Assembly: GCF_006345805.1 (NCBI RefSeq)
Contig: NC_043015.1
Coordinates: 39,680,001-39,744,000 of the forward strand
Direction: 5' to 3'
Length of the DNA stretch: 64,000 nt
Source of the DNA: Octopus sinensis
Taxonomy: Eukaryota
Made by a program: the position numbers and the translations under genes. Below the pieces are notes generated by a model, which made no database searches, was not told the DNA's origin, and saw only the letters and a program-made list of their open reading frames with translations. Positions 48,529 through 60,329 of the stretch are shown here, one piece after another; position 1 is the stretch's first letter; each line of letters begins with the position of its first letter.

Positions 48529-51364
48529 GTTACGTTGTTAAAATATACCTCTCTAATGTGTGTGAACTACATTGCTTCGACCCATCTCAGAAATGTTGAG
48601 CAGAGTTGTTTGTGTTGAAGTGAACATAATAAGAGACTGTGCTTCTAAGGAAATGATGACATACGTTGCTTCAACACGTCTAACAGAATGTATTTGTGAG
48701 TTGAGAATTAGGGAAATGGTTTACACTGCTTAAAAAGACCTGTCTAAAGGTTGTTGAGGAATTTGGCTAATGTTGTTTAAACAGACCCACCTAAGAGATG
48801 TTGAAGAAGGTGGATTGTTTTAATAGACCTATCAGCCGAATGTAGGGAAGACTGGCTTATCTTCTTTAAATAGGCCCATCTAATAGATGTTGAAGAGGAT
48901 GTCCTGTTTAAATAGACTTAACAGATGAAGATGAGATTGGCTTATCTTGTCTAAATAGAGATTAATCTAAGAGGTGTGATGGAAAGTATATTGACAATGT
49001 GGAACATGACTAATGTTACTTCGACACAATCCCACAGACCTAGCAAAAGCAGTCGTTATAATTCGGATCAGAAATTATGTTGTTCAGAGGCACAGCTTTT
49101 TGAAGATCTACTTGAGACTGTGGTTATATCGAGGCTCTAATGACAATAAGAACTTTCTAAAGAAACAGAACCACTCATGATACATATTTTTAGCTGTCAT
49201 ATGATCTCCTCGGTTCCACCAGAACAACAATACTTGGTATTATTCCTTCCTAATAGGGAATTGTCTCCTGTTGTCATGTCACCTCATATACTGCCCACCC
49301 CCTCCTTTTCTAGTAACTGCTTTTATGCCTCCCACCTCAGAACTGTGGTGTGTAGACCAGTAAGGGGACCGTTTTACTTGATCCATTAGAAATAGAAACC
49401 AAATCAGACTTATTGTGTTGGACAAGAGGAAGGACACATTGGAAATTGTAGCCCTAGGTATATTACTTGAATAAAGGATAGGGTGGGTGGTCATGATTTG
49501 ATATCTCTGTTCATAGGACTGCAGGACCAGGACTGACTTGGGGTTAAACATCATCATCATCAATCATGGTCACATACAGTTTTTAATTAATGCATTTCTG
49601 GTCTTTGATTTTGATGGCCATCGTCCTGTTCCATCTTTGAAATATTTTGGTCAGTTGTTACTTTGATAAAAGACTTGTGGAGAAGAAGATATTTTGAGAG
49701 AGAGAGAGCGAAAAGAGTGAGTAGTAGATATATTCTTGAGAGAGAGAGAATTTAGTGTGGGAAATGTTTTACTGTGTGAACTGGACGAGTTTTATCTTGG
49801 CACTGGCACGGGAGAGGTTGTTTAGAGAGGAAACCCTTTACTTTGTATTAGTTGTTTATAGTCACTTCTCTGTTAAATGGGCTCTCCACAGTTTCCCCTC
49901 CGGCAAATTCCACTCACAAGGTGTTGATCAACCTAAGGCTGTGGTAGATGACTCATAGTCAAAAGTGGTGCATAGTGGGGTCAAATCTGGAACGATGCCA
50001 TTGTGGAATTGTTAAGCACACAGCCAGCCACGCTTGTACAAATGCTAAATGCTATCCTCCCCCAATCAGCTGTCTTTTACCATTCGAATGGATTAGCTGC
50101 GTGTCTACCAAACTTATTGAACACACAATGTTTCATAATGCAGTAACCGCAATGGTGTAGGAATTTTTTTTTTAAACCAAATAACAGTTATTGAGTTATG
50201 TCTGTCTGTCTGGGAACATTTATTACTCAGTATCCAACATCCATCTCCACTGAAAGCAACAGCAGCAGTAGCAGCAGCAGCAACCATAGCAGCTATAGTA
50301 GTGGCAGCAGCTGTCAGCAAACATTACTCACCAAGAAATGGAAAAGCTGGAAATGACTCCCCAGTTCAGTTGAGCTGTCATCTGCTTCATGTTACATCCT
50401 TTGACACCCGTTAGGGAAGAGTCGGTTCAATTGACTTTTTTCAAGGAATTATTTTAATACTCTAATTGTTGTTGTTTACAATTTGGGGTGTTTCATATTT
50501 TAGGATTATCCGTCATCACATCCTAATTCGTTGCCGACCCATATTTCTTGTGAAATAGCAGAAGTAAGAACCCCCACTTCTCCCCCTGTCTGCTCCCTTT
50601 TTATTTGGAAACTTCCTGTTTAACTAAATTAATTGAAACCATATTCTTGCTGTTGCAATGGCCTACATTCACATTCCACACATGTTTCTTCCATAACCTC
50701 ACAGGTTCTTCTTTAGAATTTCCTTCATTTCATTCGATTCCATTTTCTTCGTTTGTTTTCCTTTCGGTTGTTTCTTTGTGAATCACTCTCAATATTTGTC
50801 CTGTTAACGATCCTGATTACTTCCACTAATTAACTATGAAATCTTGCTTCACTTGTTTCTAATCAACGCACAAACCCTAAACTCTCACTTTACCCCCACC
50901 CCATTTCCTGCCATGCCCTTCCCCAGCTAGATTATGGTGGTGTTCTGCAAGAATTTCTCTGTTGCTTATAAATTCTTCACTGGAAAAAAATGTTCAAGTT
51001 GAGTCAAAAGGATGATCTCCTTTCTCAGTGCTGTTGTTAACCCCAGGTTGGTCCTCTTCCAGCCGACCTATGATCAAAGGCTTTCTAGCAATGACCAACC
51101 TGTCTTTAGGGATGTCAAGAACTACACTATTTAATGTATCCTTCCTTTATTTAAGAAAACATGATGTGATTTGGCTGCTATTTCCATCAAGTCAAGTGAC
51201 CACATAGGGGCTCCTTCAATCGCTTATGTTGTTGTTTATCTCCATTAAAATCTGCTCGATTAAACTAAGGGGTCTGTAGAATTGGTGAGAATGAACTTTT
51301 GAGGCTGTACCACTATAGATATATTTCTGTCTGAAATATATCTACAATACACTGTGTCTACAGG

Positions 51365-51860
51365 CAGTGCTGTGGAGTCGAAACTAAAAATTTTGACTCT
51401 GACTCCGACATTATTGGCACCTCTGACTCTGACACCCCTTTATGTAATCAAGTGATTATGGTCTACATATCCCATAAAGCATATGCATACGCTTGTACTT
51501 TAAGTAGGCCTATATCTTATAACTGGTTTATATTAACCCTTTCATTACCAACCCGGCTGAAACTGGCTCTGGCTCTGTAGTATAAATGTCTTGTTTCCAT
51601 AAGTTTTGAATTAAAATCTTCCACCAAACCTCAGTCACAATTTATGTTCCTAACACTAGCTTAATGATAACCAAGTTATTTTACTAAATTCTTTGTTATA
51701 TTTAAAATTAATTGAAAGAAATACAGAACATCTCAAAATAAATACAGTAACAAAAGGGTTAAACAATAAAGATATTATGAGTCAGAGTCAGTATAATTTT
51801 ACCGACTCTGACCCCCACCTTAACTGTTTCTGACTCTATGACTCTGACTCCTCAGGCCTG
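51365..51860. mobile_element. hAT-type MITE with (GACTCT/GAGTC) subterminal repeats
   Basis: TIRs CAGTGCTGTGGAGTC / GACTCCTCAGGCCTG; 8-bp TSD TCTACAGG at 51357-64 and 51861-68. Confidence 0.8.
51537..51758. mobile_element. 222-bp piggyBac-type MITE, copy 2 (reverse orientation, nested in the hAT MITE)
   Basis: TTAA flanks at 51533-36 and 51759-62. Confidence 0.85.
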
Positions 51861-52193
51861 TCTACAGGATGGTGCTACACAATATTACATCTACACTATA
51901 TCATACCTATGTCATACACCACATCCACGCAGGGTGTCCAGTCCTGTCTTACCCCTCCACCTTGTAACACAGTAAGGCTATATAATCCGTGTGACCATTC
52001 ACTACATCAGTTATTTTCTATTGCCAGCTTTAATTAATTGCAGCCTGAAATGAACGAGTGTCTCTGATTTATTCACGCCCCAACTGCTAAATGTTAAAAT
52101 CACAAAAGATCAGTTTTATTCTATTTTATTTTTAAGGAATTTCATTTCCTAAATGTCCTGCTTTTGTTTTGTTATTAAATTTTAAAATATTAA

Positions 52194-52415
52194 CCCTTTC
52201 GTTACTGTATTTATTTTGAGATGCTCTGTGTTTCTTTCAATTACTTTAAATATGACAAAGAATTTAGTAAAATAACTTAGTTACCATTCAGCTTAGTGTT
52301 AGGAACATGAATTGTGACTAAGGTTTGGTGGAAGATTTTAATTCAGAACTTATGGAAACAAGACATTTGTACAACAGAGCCAGAGCCGGTTTCAGCTGGG
52401 TTGGTAACAAAAGGG
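52194..52415. mobile_element. 222-bp piggyBac-type MITE, copy 3
   Basis: TTAA flanks at 52190-93 and 52416-19. Confidence 0.85.
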
Positions 52416-53005
52416 TTAAAGCTGTCAGAGTCGGGATGCTGCTGGTCTGAGGCAAAACACTGAAATGAGGTACCGTGTAGACACAGCATATTGTAGATAT
52501 AACATCTAGTAGTATCTTAGTGTAGCTATATTACTTATACAACTGAAGTGTCGACATACCATACAAAAGATATTCTGTCCTACAGCTATAAGAGATATGT
52601 CATGTTGCAGACATGCCAATGCGGAAAAATACATGTTCAAAATAAAAATAATGATTATGATGATGATGATCGTCATCATCATCATCATCATCATTTTAAT
52701 GTGAAAAATCAGCAGTTTGGCTTATCTTCCCATCTATTGTAACTTCCTGCCAGATTAAATAAACAGATTAACCAGAGTTGAGCTAAATAATTTAATATCC
52801 AAATATTTGTTTGAATCAGTGGCACTCAAGGGATTTTTTTATCGTATTTAATGCCTGTTGGTGTCACTTTTATTGGTTAGCAACACCAGGAAGAATTTCT
52901 GAAGAAAAGAAAGAAACCAGAACACAAAGCAGCCATCTTAATTTCTCTGAATTTCTGACATGGCGGCTGCCTCAGAATATTTCCCAGTCACAGACAGAAC
53001 GTTCT

Positions 53006-53230
53006 TATTTCTTTATTGCCCACAAGGGGCTAAACATAGAGGGGACAAACAAGGACAGATAAAGGGATTAAGTCAAATACATCGACCCCAGTGCAAAGCT
53101 GGTACTTAATTTATCAACCCCGAAAGGCAAAGTCAACCTCGGTGGAATTTGAACTCAGAACCTAACGACAGGCAAAATACCGCCAAGCATTTCGCCCGGC
53201 GTGCTAACGATTCTGCCAGCTCGCCGCCGT
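53006..53230 (-). mobile_element. SINE-B with 15-bp TSD
   Basis: CAGACAGAACGTTCT at 52991-53005 and 53231-53245. Confidence 0.9.
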
Positions 53231-53886
53231 CAGACAGAACGTTCTGTGTAGCATATTCTTTGATTAGTTTATTAGTTTAGTCAGTCTATTGTTGTAATTA
53301 ATTGTGGCCATACTGCAGCACCACCTTGAAGAGTTTTAATGAATTAAATTCTCCCCGGTACTTAATGTTTTAAAGTCTGATCCTTATTGTATCAGTCTTT
53401 TTGTGCGAAACTATTAAGTTATGGGGGACATAAACAAACAAACAAACAAACTGTTTGTCAGTTGGAGAGAGACAAACACAAAGAACAGATCCTCACACAC
53501 ACACATATGATAGGCTTCTGCATAGTTTGCATTCACCAAATTCGCTCACAAAGCTTCGGTCAGTCTGGAACCATGGTAGAAAATATTTTCTCCAAGTGCT
53601 GTCCAGTGGGACTGAACCCCAAACCACATAGCTGTGAAGCAAACGTCTTCACCACCCGTCCATTATATCATTTTAAAATCTTTCACTTAGGGTGTCTCAA
53701 AACCCGAACCCAACATATTCAATCATTTCTTGAAGAAATCTTAGACTCTGATCCCTAACAAACCCCTAGTGAGTGTCATCCATTTTTTAACAGAACTTTT
53801 GATTTTATGGTCTCACGGTGGCACATAAAAAGCACTTTTTGAGTTTTTAGGCCTCATGAAGGCAATGTGGCCGATACCAGTGTCAT

Positions 53887-54361
53887 GTAACCATGGCAAC
53901 ACCACGAAGCAATAATGGAACTGCCATTAATGCTACATGATGGTGTTGGGCTTCATGGAGACAAGGACGAATGACTGAGACCTTTGGCAATATGCTGTGC
54001 TTGAGAAGAAGACCCATCAAGCCAAGTGAAATCGTAGTCGTGGCAGATACTGGTGTCACCCAACTGGCACCGGTGCCCATGGCACATAATAGCATCCATT
54101 ACACTCACTGTGTGGTTGGCATTAGGAAGGGCATCCAGCTGTAGAAACTTTGCCAAATCAGACTGGAGTCTGGTGCAGCCCCTCAGCTTACCAGTCCTGG
54201 TCAAACTGTCCAACCCATGCTAGCATGGACAATGGGTGTTAAATGATGATGATAATGATGATGATTTTGTAGAAGAGATGAAGATAAAAGGTGACCTTGA
54301 AACACCATCATGTAGCATGAATGGCAGTTCCATTATTGCTTCGTAGTGTTGCCATGGTTAC
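53887..54361. mobile_element. Element with 61-bp inverted repeats, interrupted by an RTE family C 3' fragment (53948-~54265)
   Basis: 53887-53947 matches the reverse complement of 54301-54361 at 59/61 positions. Confidence 0.75.
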
Positions 54362-55669
54362 TAATTACATCAACAAAACCACTTAACGAGAGCCTCTCTA
54401 ATGTTTGCCAGACTTGCTACAAATAGCAGTCAATCGTCCCTCAAATCACACTCTGTCATCTCAGAAAAGGCCTTCATGAATAATGTAAACGTTCAGTATG
54501 TAACAGTGCATAAGAAAACGGGATGGTCATGGCTGGAATGCTTTTGATCAAGCATCTGCACTGGCAGGCTAGCCTAGGGCTAAATAACAGCAGCATTAAC
54601 TAAATCAAGAAAGGTTGTGTATCTGTTTATTCGAATACCTGCGCATGCAGGGGTGGAGGTTGAATATGATTGTGCACACATGCACGTGTAGATTTGTGTG
54701 TGTGTGTGTGTGTGTGTGTGTACACTGCATGCACTATCTGTCTTTAAGTGCAGAAAGTACCCTTTTGATATCAAAGGAGTAAAGCTCCTTCATAGATCTA
54801 CCACTCTTTGTAGAATTCCTCTTTGACTGTGGGGGCCCTTTATTTCCCAATAAATCCTATTTACCGATTCCAAGTAAATTCTTTGAAGATGCTTCCCAAA
54901 TTACTTTCTTTGCTGAAAAATCGAATAACAAATCCTTCTTTCTTCCATTAAATATTGCTGCTGCTTTTCTCCTACAACACATTCCTTCTCGGATTAAAGT
55001 CCCCCACCCGTTCCCCCACTCTTTCATTCCCTCTCTCACACGCTTCCTCTTTCTCTTCCTCTCTCCTTCTTTCTTCATTTCTTTCTGCTTCTCTTTCCTT
55101 CTAATAAAAGTCCTCGTATTTACTGACCTTTACTGACCTTCTCTCCTGCTCTGTCTTTTCTCCCCCCCCCCAACTGGCCTTTGATTCTCTAAAATGTTGA
55201 CCAAAGGGATTATAACTCAAAGCAACAAAATATCATTAAGCTGGACAACACGAAACATCCAGCGTGTCTCACCATTGTCCACTTTTGCCCACCTTTGACC
55301 GCCTGCCAATAGGTTTTAAGATGAAATCCATTGATCTCATTCCCATGTGTCCACTAGATGGGACACTTTGACATAGCTCAGGTCAGTTAGCTCATCCACG
55401 AGATTTTCTGGGATTCTTAGCAATTTGTCCATGGATAGCTTTATGACTCAACATCAAAGAATTGGGGCAAAATGCTGGCTGTTAAAAGTTCCTTGCAATT
55501 TAGGAAATAGAAAATTTGGCACAAGCCCAGAAAGTTCAGGGAAGCATGCGAGGGGATTGCATCGAGCCCCAACGGTCAACATGTACTTACTTCATTGACC
55601 TGGAAAAAATTAAAGGCAAGGTAGGCCCTCACGGGATTTGAATTCAGAATGTAAAGACAAACAGAATAG

Positions 55670-55988
55670 GTTCAGGTGTGGCTGTGTGGTAAGAAGCTTG
55701 CTTCCCAACCACATGGTTCCGGGTTCAGTTCCACTGCATGGCACCTTGGGCAAGTGGCTTCTACTATAACCTCAGACTGACCAAAGCCTTTTGAGTGGAT
55801 TTGGTAGACGGAAACTGAAAGAAGCCTGTTGTATAATATATATATATATATATACGTGTGTATTTATGTGTTTGTGTTTGTTCCCCCCACCACCACCATC
55901 GCTTGACAACCAATGTTGGTGTGTTTATGTCCCTGTAACTTAGCAGCTCGGCAAAAGACATCAATAGAATAAGTACTAGGCTTACAGA
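55670..55988 (+). mobile_element. SINE-A (3' truncated)
   Basis: Family motifs. Confidence 0.8.
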
Positions 55989-56073
55989 GTATGTCATTAA
56001 CTAAATATGCTGGAATATATTATGTTGATGTCCACCAAGAGATATCTGAGGACAGTTTCAGGTGAGTTTAGAT

Positions 56074-56351
56074 CAGTGGTTCCCAAAGTGGATGTTATTG
56101 TTCCCCTGGAGGTGCTGGAAAGTTCCAAGGGGGTTTTGAAGAAAAGTGGGGTAATAATGGGGTCGCAATTCATGTAAAAACAACAAAATAATGGGTTCAT
56201 TTGATTAAATTTTATTTGTGAAACACTGTTGTTGCTTTGACTTTACTTTGGAAAAAGGTCTATGTTTGTGATGGTCAGTTTGGGTGGGGGCAGTAGGAAT
56301 GTGGCCTGGGTGTCAAGGGGGAGGTAGTCCGAAAAAGTTTGGGAATCCCTG
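56074..56351. mobile_element. 278-bp hAT (Charlie-like) MITE
   Basis: TIRs CAGTGGTTCCCAAA / TTTGGGAATCCCTG; perfect 8-bp TSD GTTTAGAT at 56066-73 and 56352-59. Confidence 0.9.
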
Positions 56352-57474
56352 GTTTAGATTAAGAGGGAAGTACTACCTGTCCACTATTCTTCTGTGTCTT
56401 CTCTGCCACTACCAACTGTCCACTTGTATCTCCTGTCATCACTACTTGCAGCTGACTGTCTTCCGTACCAGCTGTCCACATTGTTGGCACCGCCAGCACA
56501 CTCTTCAACCTTATATTAAAAGGACCAAATAAATTAGTTGGGATGTCTTCTCATTGGAATCACACTGTCGTGTCTAAGTATTTGATTGGCTCCTAATATA
56601 CCATTGATTAACGAAGGGGCTAGTAGTGTAAAAATTGATAGGACATATGGGTAATTGAACTGACCACAGTATTATTCTGATACTTATTCTGATCAACTCC
56701 AGAGAGATGATCATCGATGAAATATTTTAGCAGAATTGGTAAACTGACAGATAAAAAAAATACTTTGTGACATTTAGCTAGAATCTTTCTTCTCAGGTCA
56801 GTTTTGCCCTTCCATTCTTCATGGATCAATATCACTCAAACACTGGATCAATTGCTTCTCCTTCCTTTTCTGTCCCTCTTTAATCCACTTTTATTGGTGG
56901 CTTTCTTTTAATCCCCTGATTTCAGAATCCAGATCTTAAAGTTTGACTTTTCAATAATTCAATAATTTGTCTCTTATTAGAGTAATTTTGTCACAGTTGT
57001 CTAATCTTGCTCTCCTATTGGTATCCCTGCTGAATGTGTTACATAGGTGCTCCAGCTGGACACTAACCTTTGGAAGTGGTTTTGAAGCCTCAATTTAGAA
57101 GAGATTGGTTATAAATTGTCCACAGTATTTAATAACCATTGTTGGCATTTAACAGATTCATTAATGGAGTCAGTGGGGTGGGGGGGGTCAGGCAGCCGGT
57201 TCCACCAAAGACTTCTGTTTTACAGAGTCGGGGGAGGACATGCCTAGTTTTTATTACAATGCACTGTTACTACAATGCCAACAAAGCTTGGCTGATACAT
57301 TATATGTTGAGGCGGTGGAGCTGTCTGCTTTGCACACAACCTTCTCCAGTTTCTCAGGAATATGCTGTCTTCAGTAATTAATCATGCCAAGTTGTTTCTT
57401 TTGGTTTTTCATTTTTGCAATAATCGTGGAGATGCATGTAATTTCTGACATACCAGGGTATCTTTGTTGCAACA

Positions 57475-58140
57475 CGGTGAGTTGTAGCACACACACACAG
57501 TATCTCTGATATGATTGTGAATGTAACACATAGTATTTCTGTTTTGATGGTAAGTGTAACACATAATATACAGTGTCTTTTGTGACGTGTGTGTAACAAA
57601 CAGTACAGTGCCTCTGTTGTGATGAGTGTAACATACATTACAATTTCTCTGTGATGTGATAAGTGTAACATATACTACGTTTTCTGCGATGTGAAATGGT
57701 TAGTGTAACACACTAAGTTTTTCTGTGATGTGGGGAGTGTAACACACTACACTTTCTCTGTAACATGATGAGTGTAACACACTACAGTTTCTCTGTGACA
57801 TAATGAGTGTAACATACACTACATTTTCTGGGATGTGACATGGTGAGTGTAACACGCTGCAGCATCTCTGTTGTGACATGGTGAGTTAACACACACAATA
57901 TCTCTGTTGTGACATGGTGAGTGTAACACACTAAGTTTCTCTGATGTGGGAAGTGTAACACACTACAGTTTTCTCTGTAACACGATGAGTGTAACACAGT
58001 ACAGCATCTCTGTTTTGATATGGTGAGTGTAACGCTACAGTTTCTCTGTGACGTGATGACTGTAACACACTACAGTTTCTCTGTTGTAATGTGGTCAGTG
58101 TAACACACACACAGTACAGTATCTGTGTTGCGATGTGGTT
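57475..58140. repeat. ~36-bp minisatellite, about 18 units (GAGTGTAACACACTACAGTTTCTCTGTGACATGAT-like)
   Basis: GTGTAACA recurs every 32-40 bp and the whole unit is homologous. Confidence 0.9.
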
Positions 58141-58574
58141 AGAATGGTTTTATTGATGAGTCAAATATCGACAGCTAATAACTATCAGAATCGCGTATCT
58201 GATATCTTATAAAAATTCGGTTCCTCATGGATATCCACTTTTATAGCGTAATTAGATATTTGTATGCATCTGATATCTCTTGTCAGCTTGGTTAACTTAG
58301 AGTCATCCTCTCATGATATCTTCCTCAGTGATGGAGTACTTATTAAGAACACTTGTAACCTCTCTGTAGAAAGCAGAGACAGCAAGGCTTCCATTAAGCC
58401 ATTCAAATTGCCGATATACAGAATAGATGCTATTAAGAACTGCCTGCAGTATACTAGATCTACTCCTCTACGCTCTATTTATATAAACCGTACTGAATAC
58501 ATTGTCCTTGGTCGGTGTGTTCTGCTGCCATTTTCAATCAACATCCCAAACAAACAGTTGTTCAGATTCTTTTC

Positions 58575-58965
58575 TTTTTCTTTTACTTGTTTCAGTCATT
58601 CGACTGCGGCCATGCTGGAGCACCGCCTTTAGTCGAGCAACTCGACCCCGGGACTTATTCTTTTTGTAAGCCCAGTACTTATTCTATCGGTCTCTTTTTG
58701 CCGAACCGCTAAGTGACGGGGACATAAACACACCAGCATCGGTTGTCAAGCGATGCTAGGGGAACAAACACAGACACACAAACACACACACATACATATA
58801 TACGACAGGCTTCTTTCAGTTTCCGTCTACCAAATCCACTCACAAGGCATTGGTCGGCCCGGGGCTATAGCAGAAGACACTTGCCCAAGATGCCACGCAG
58901 TGGGACTGAACCCGGAACCATGTGGTTGGTAAGCAAGCTACTTACCACACAGCCACCCCTGCGCC
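58575..58965 (-). mobile_element. Young, near-consensus SINE-A
   Basis: Family motifs with CpGs retained. Confidence 0.85.
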
Positions 58966-59274
58966 TGTTCAGATTCTACCAAAAATTGCACAGAATTCTC
59001 TCTGAAAGGAGAATTTGTTTGGATTGGTTTCAATGAAATACACTAATTATTATTTTCAATCTAAAAATATTTTCCCCCCTTAAGATGCGTGCTGTTAAGA
59101 TAAATTTCTAATTATGTCTTTTTATGTCCTGTCCTCATTTGCCATTCCATCCTGATGGCCATCACTCAACAAGCTGTGTAAACAATTTATACAAAACTTG
59201 TTATAAATTAGAAGCTAGCTTTACTGCTCTGTCACATTGCTTGGCTAATGAAACTCTCTCCAATTTTGATCAAT

Positions 59275-59293
59275 TTTATTATTATCATTATTA

Positions 59294-59348
<55 letters not shown>

Positions 59349-59547
59349 CATCATTATTATTATTATTATTGTTATTATTATTATTATTATCATTCTTCTT
59401 CTTCTCATCATCATCATCATCATCATCATTATTATTATTATCATTATTATTACTATTATTATTATTATCATCATTATTATTATTATCATCATTATTATTA
59501 TTATTATTATTATCATTATTATTACTATTATTATTATTATTATATCA

Positions 59548-59581
<34 letters not shown>

Positions 59582-59661
59582 CATTATTATTACTATTATT
59601 ATTATTATTATTATCATCATTATTACTATTATTATTATTATTATTATTACTATTATTATCA

Positions 59662-59708
<47 letters not shown>

Positions 59709-59740
59709 TATTATTATTATCATGATTATCATCATCATCC
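59275..59740. repeat. (ATT)n/(CAT)n trinucleotide tract
   Basis: Seen directly; source of the poly-I/Y/L/N ORFs. Confidence 0.95.
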
Positions 59741-60092
59741 TGTGTTCATAATTGGTCCAAATTTGTACTATTTCTGCTTCCTGTTATTGCTTGTCTTCTT
59801 TTGGTCATTTAAACCAACAAGATTCTGTTTTAAGTTGCTTTAATAAACCTCTCGGTGTGCCTCACCATGCCCACCACCACCACAACCACCATTACCACTG
59901 CCACCACACTTTCTATTTTGATATGAAATCTGGCTTGAATCTTGATTGCATATTTTCTGATAAGACTATTCAAAGTACATCCTTCATAATTGTCTGCCTC
60001 TGTCTGTACTCTGTATATTCTTCGCCCAGAATTTAATGAATTGCTACAACAATATATATGTGTGGTGTGTTTACATGTATATATTATACAGC

Positions 60093-60329
60093 CATAAAAT
60101 ACAGTGTATGTTTAAAGACATAAGGAATCCACTCGTGGGATCCAACATGCTAGAAAGAACAGCTAGGTTCTATAACCACAAAATTATGGATAAAATTCAA
60201 CAGGAACGAAATGAAAAAATAAAAGCATTTTACCATCTAATTGTGGTTATAGAACCTAGCTGTTCTTTCTAGCATGTTGAATCCCATGAGTGGATTCCTT
60301 ATGTGTTTAAATGTACACTGTATTTTATG
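60093..60329. repeat. 89-bp inverted repeat with 59-bp spacer (hairpin/fold-back)
   Basis: Arms 60093-60181 and 60241-60329, 84/89 Watson-Crick complementary. Confidence 0.9.

Larger units (their letters stand above)
47690..49000. repeat. Old ~45-50-bp minisatellite (GATGTTGA..GA.TGGCTTAT.TTG.TTAAATAGAC) split by later insertions
   Basis: Degenerate units at 47690-47880 and ~48590-49000. Confidence 0.55.

Noticed and set aside
54783-55080. Frames open on both strands next to a CT-rich tract
   Set aside because: No donor site, no homology recognised, and partly low complexity.
55985-56066. Plus donor CAG|GTGAGT at 56061 with upstream frame ...YAGIYYVDVHQEISEDSF
   Set aside because: The only upstream AG lies in a SINE remnant with no pyrimidine tract.
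57475-58140. CRISPR-like periodicity (also 28095-28730 and 19120-19470)
   Set aside because: The inter-core sequence is homologous or simple repeat rather than unique spacers, there are no cas genes, and the context is eukaryotic.
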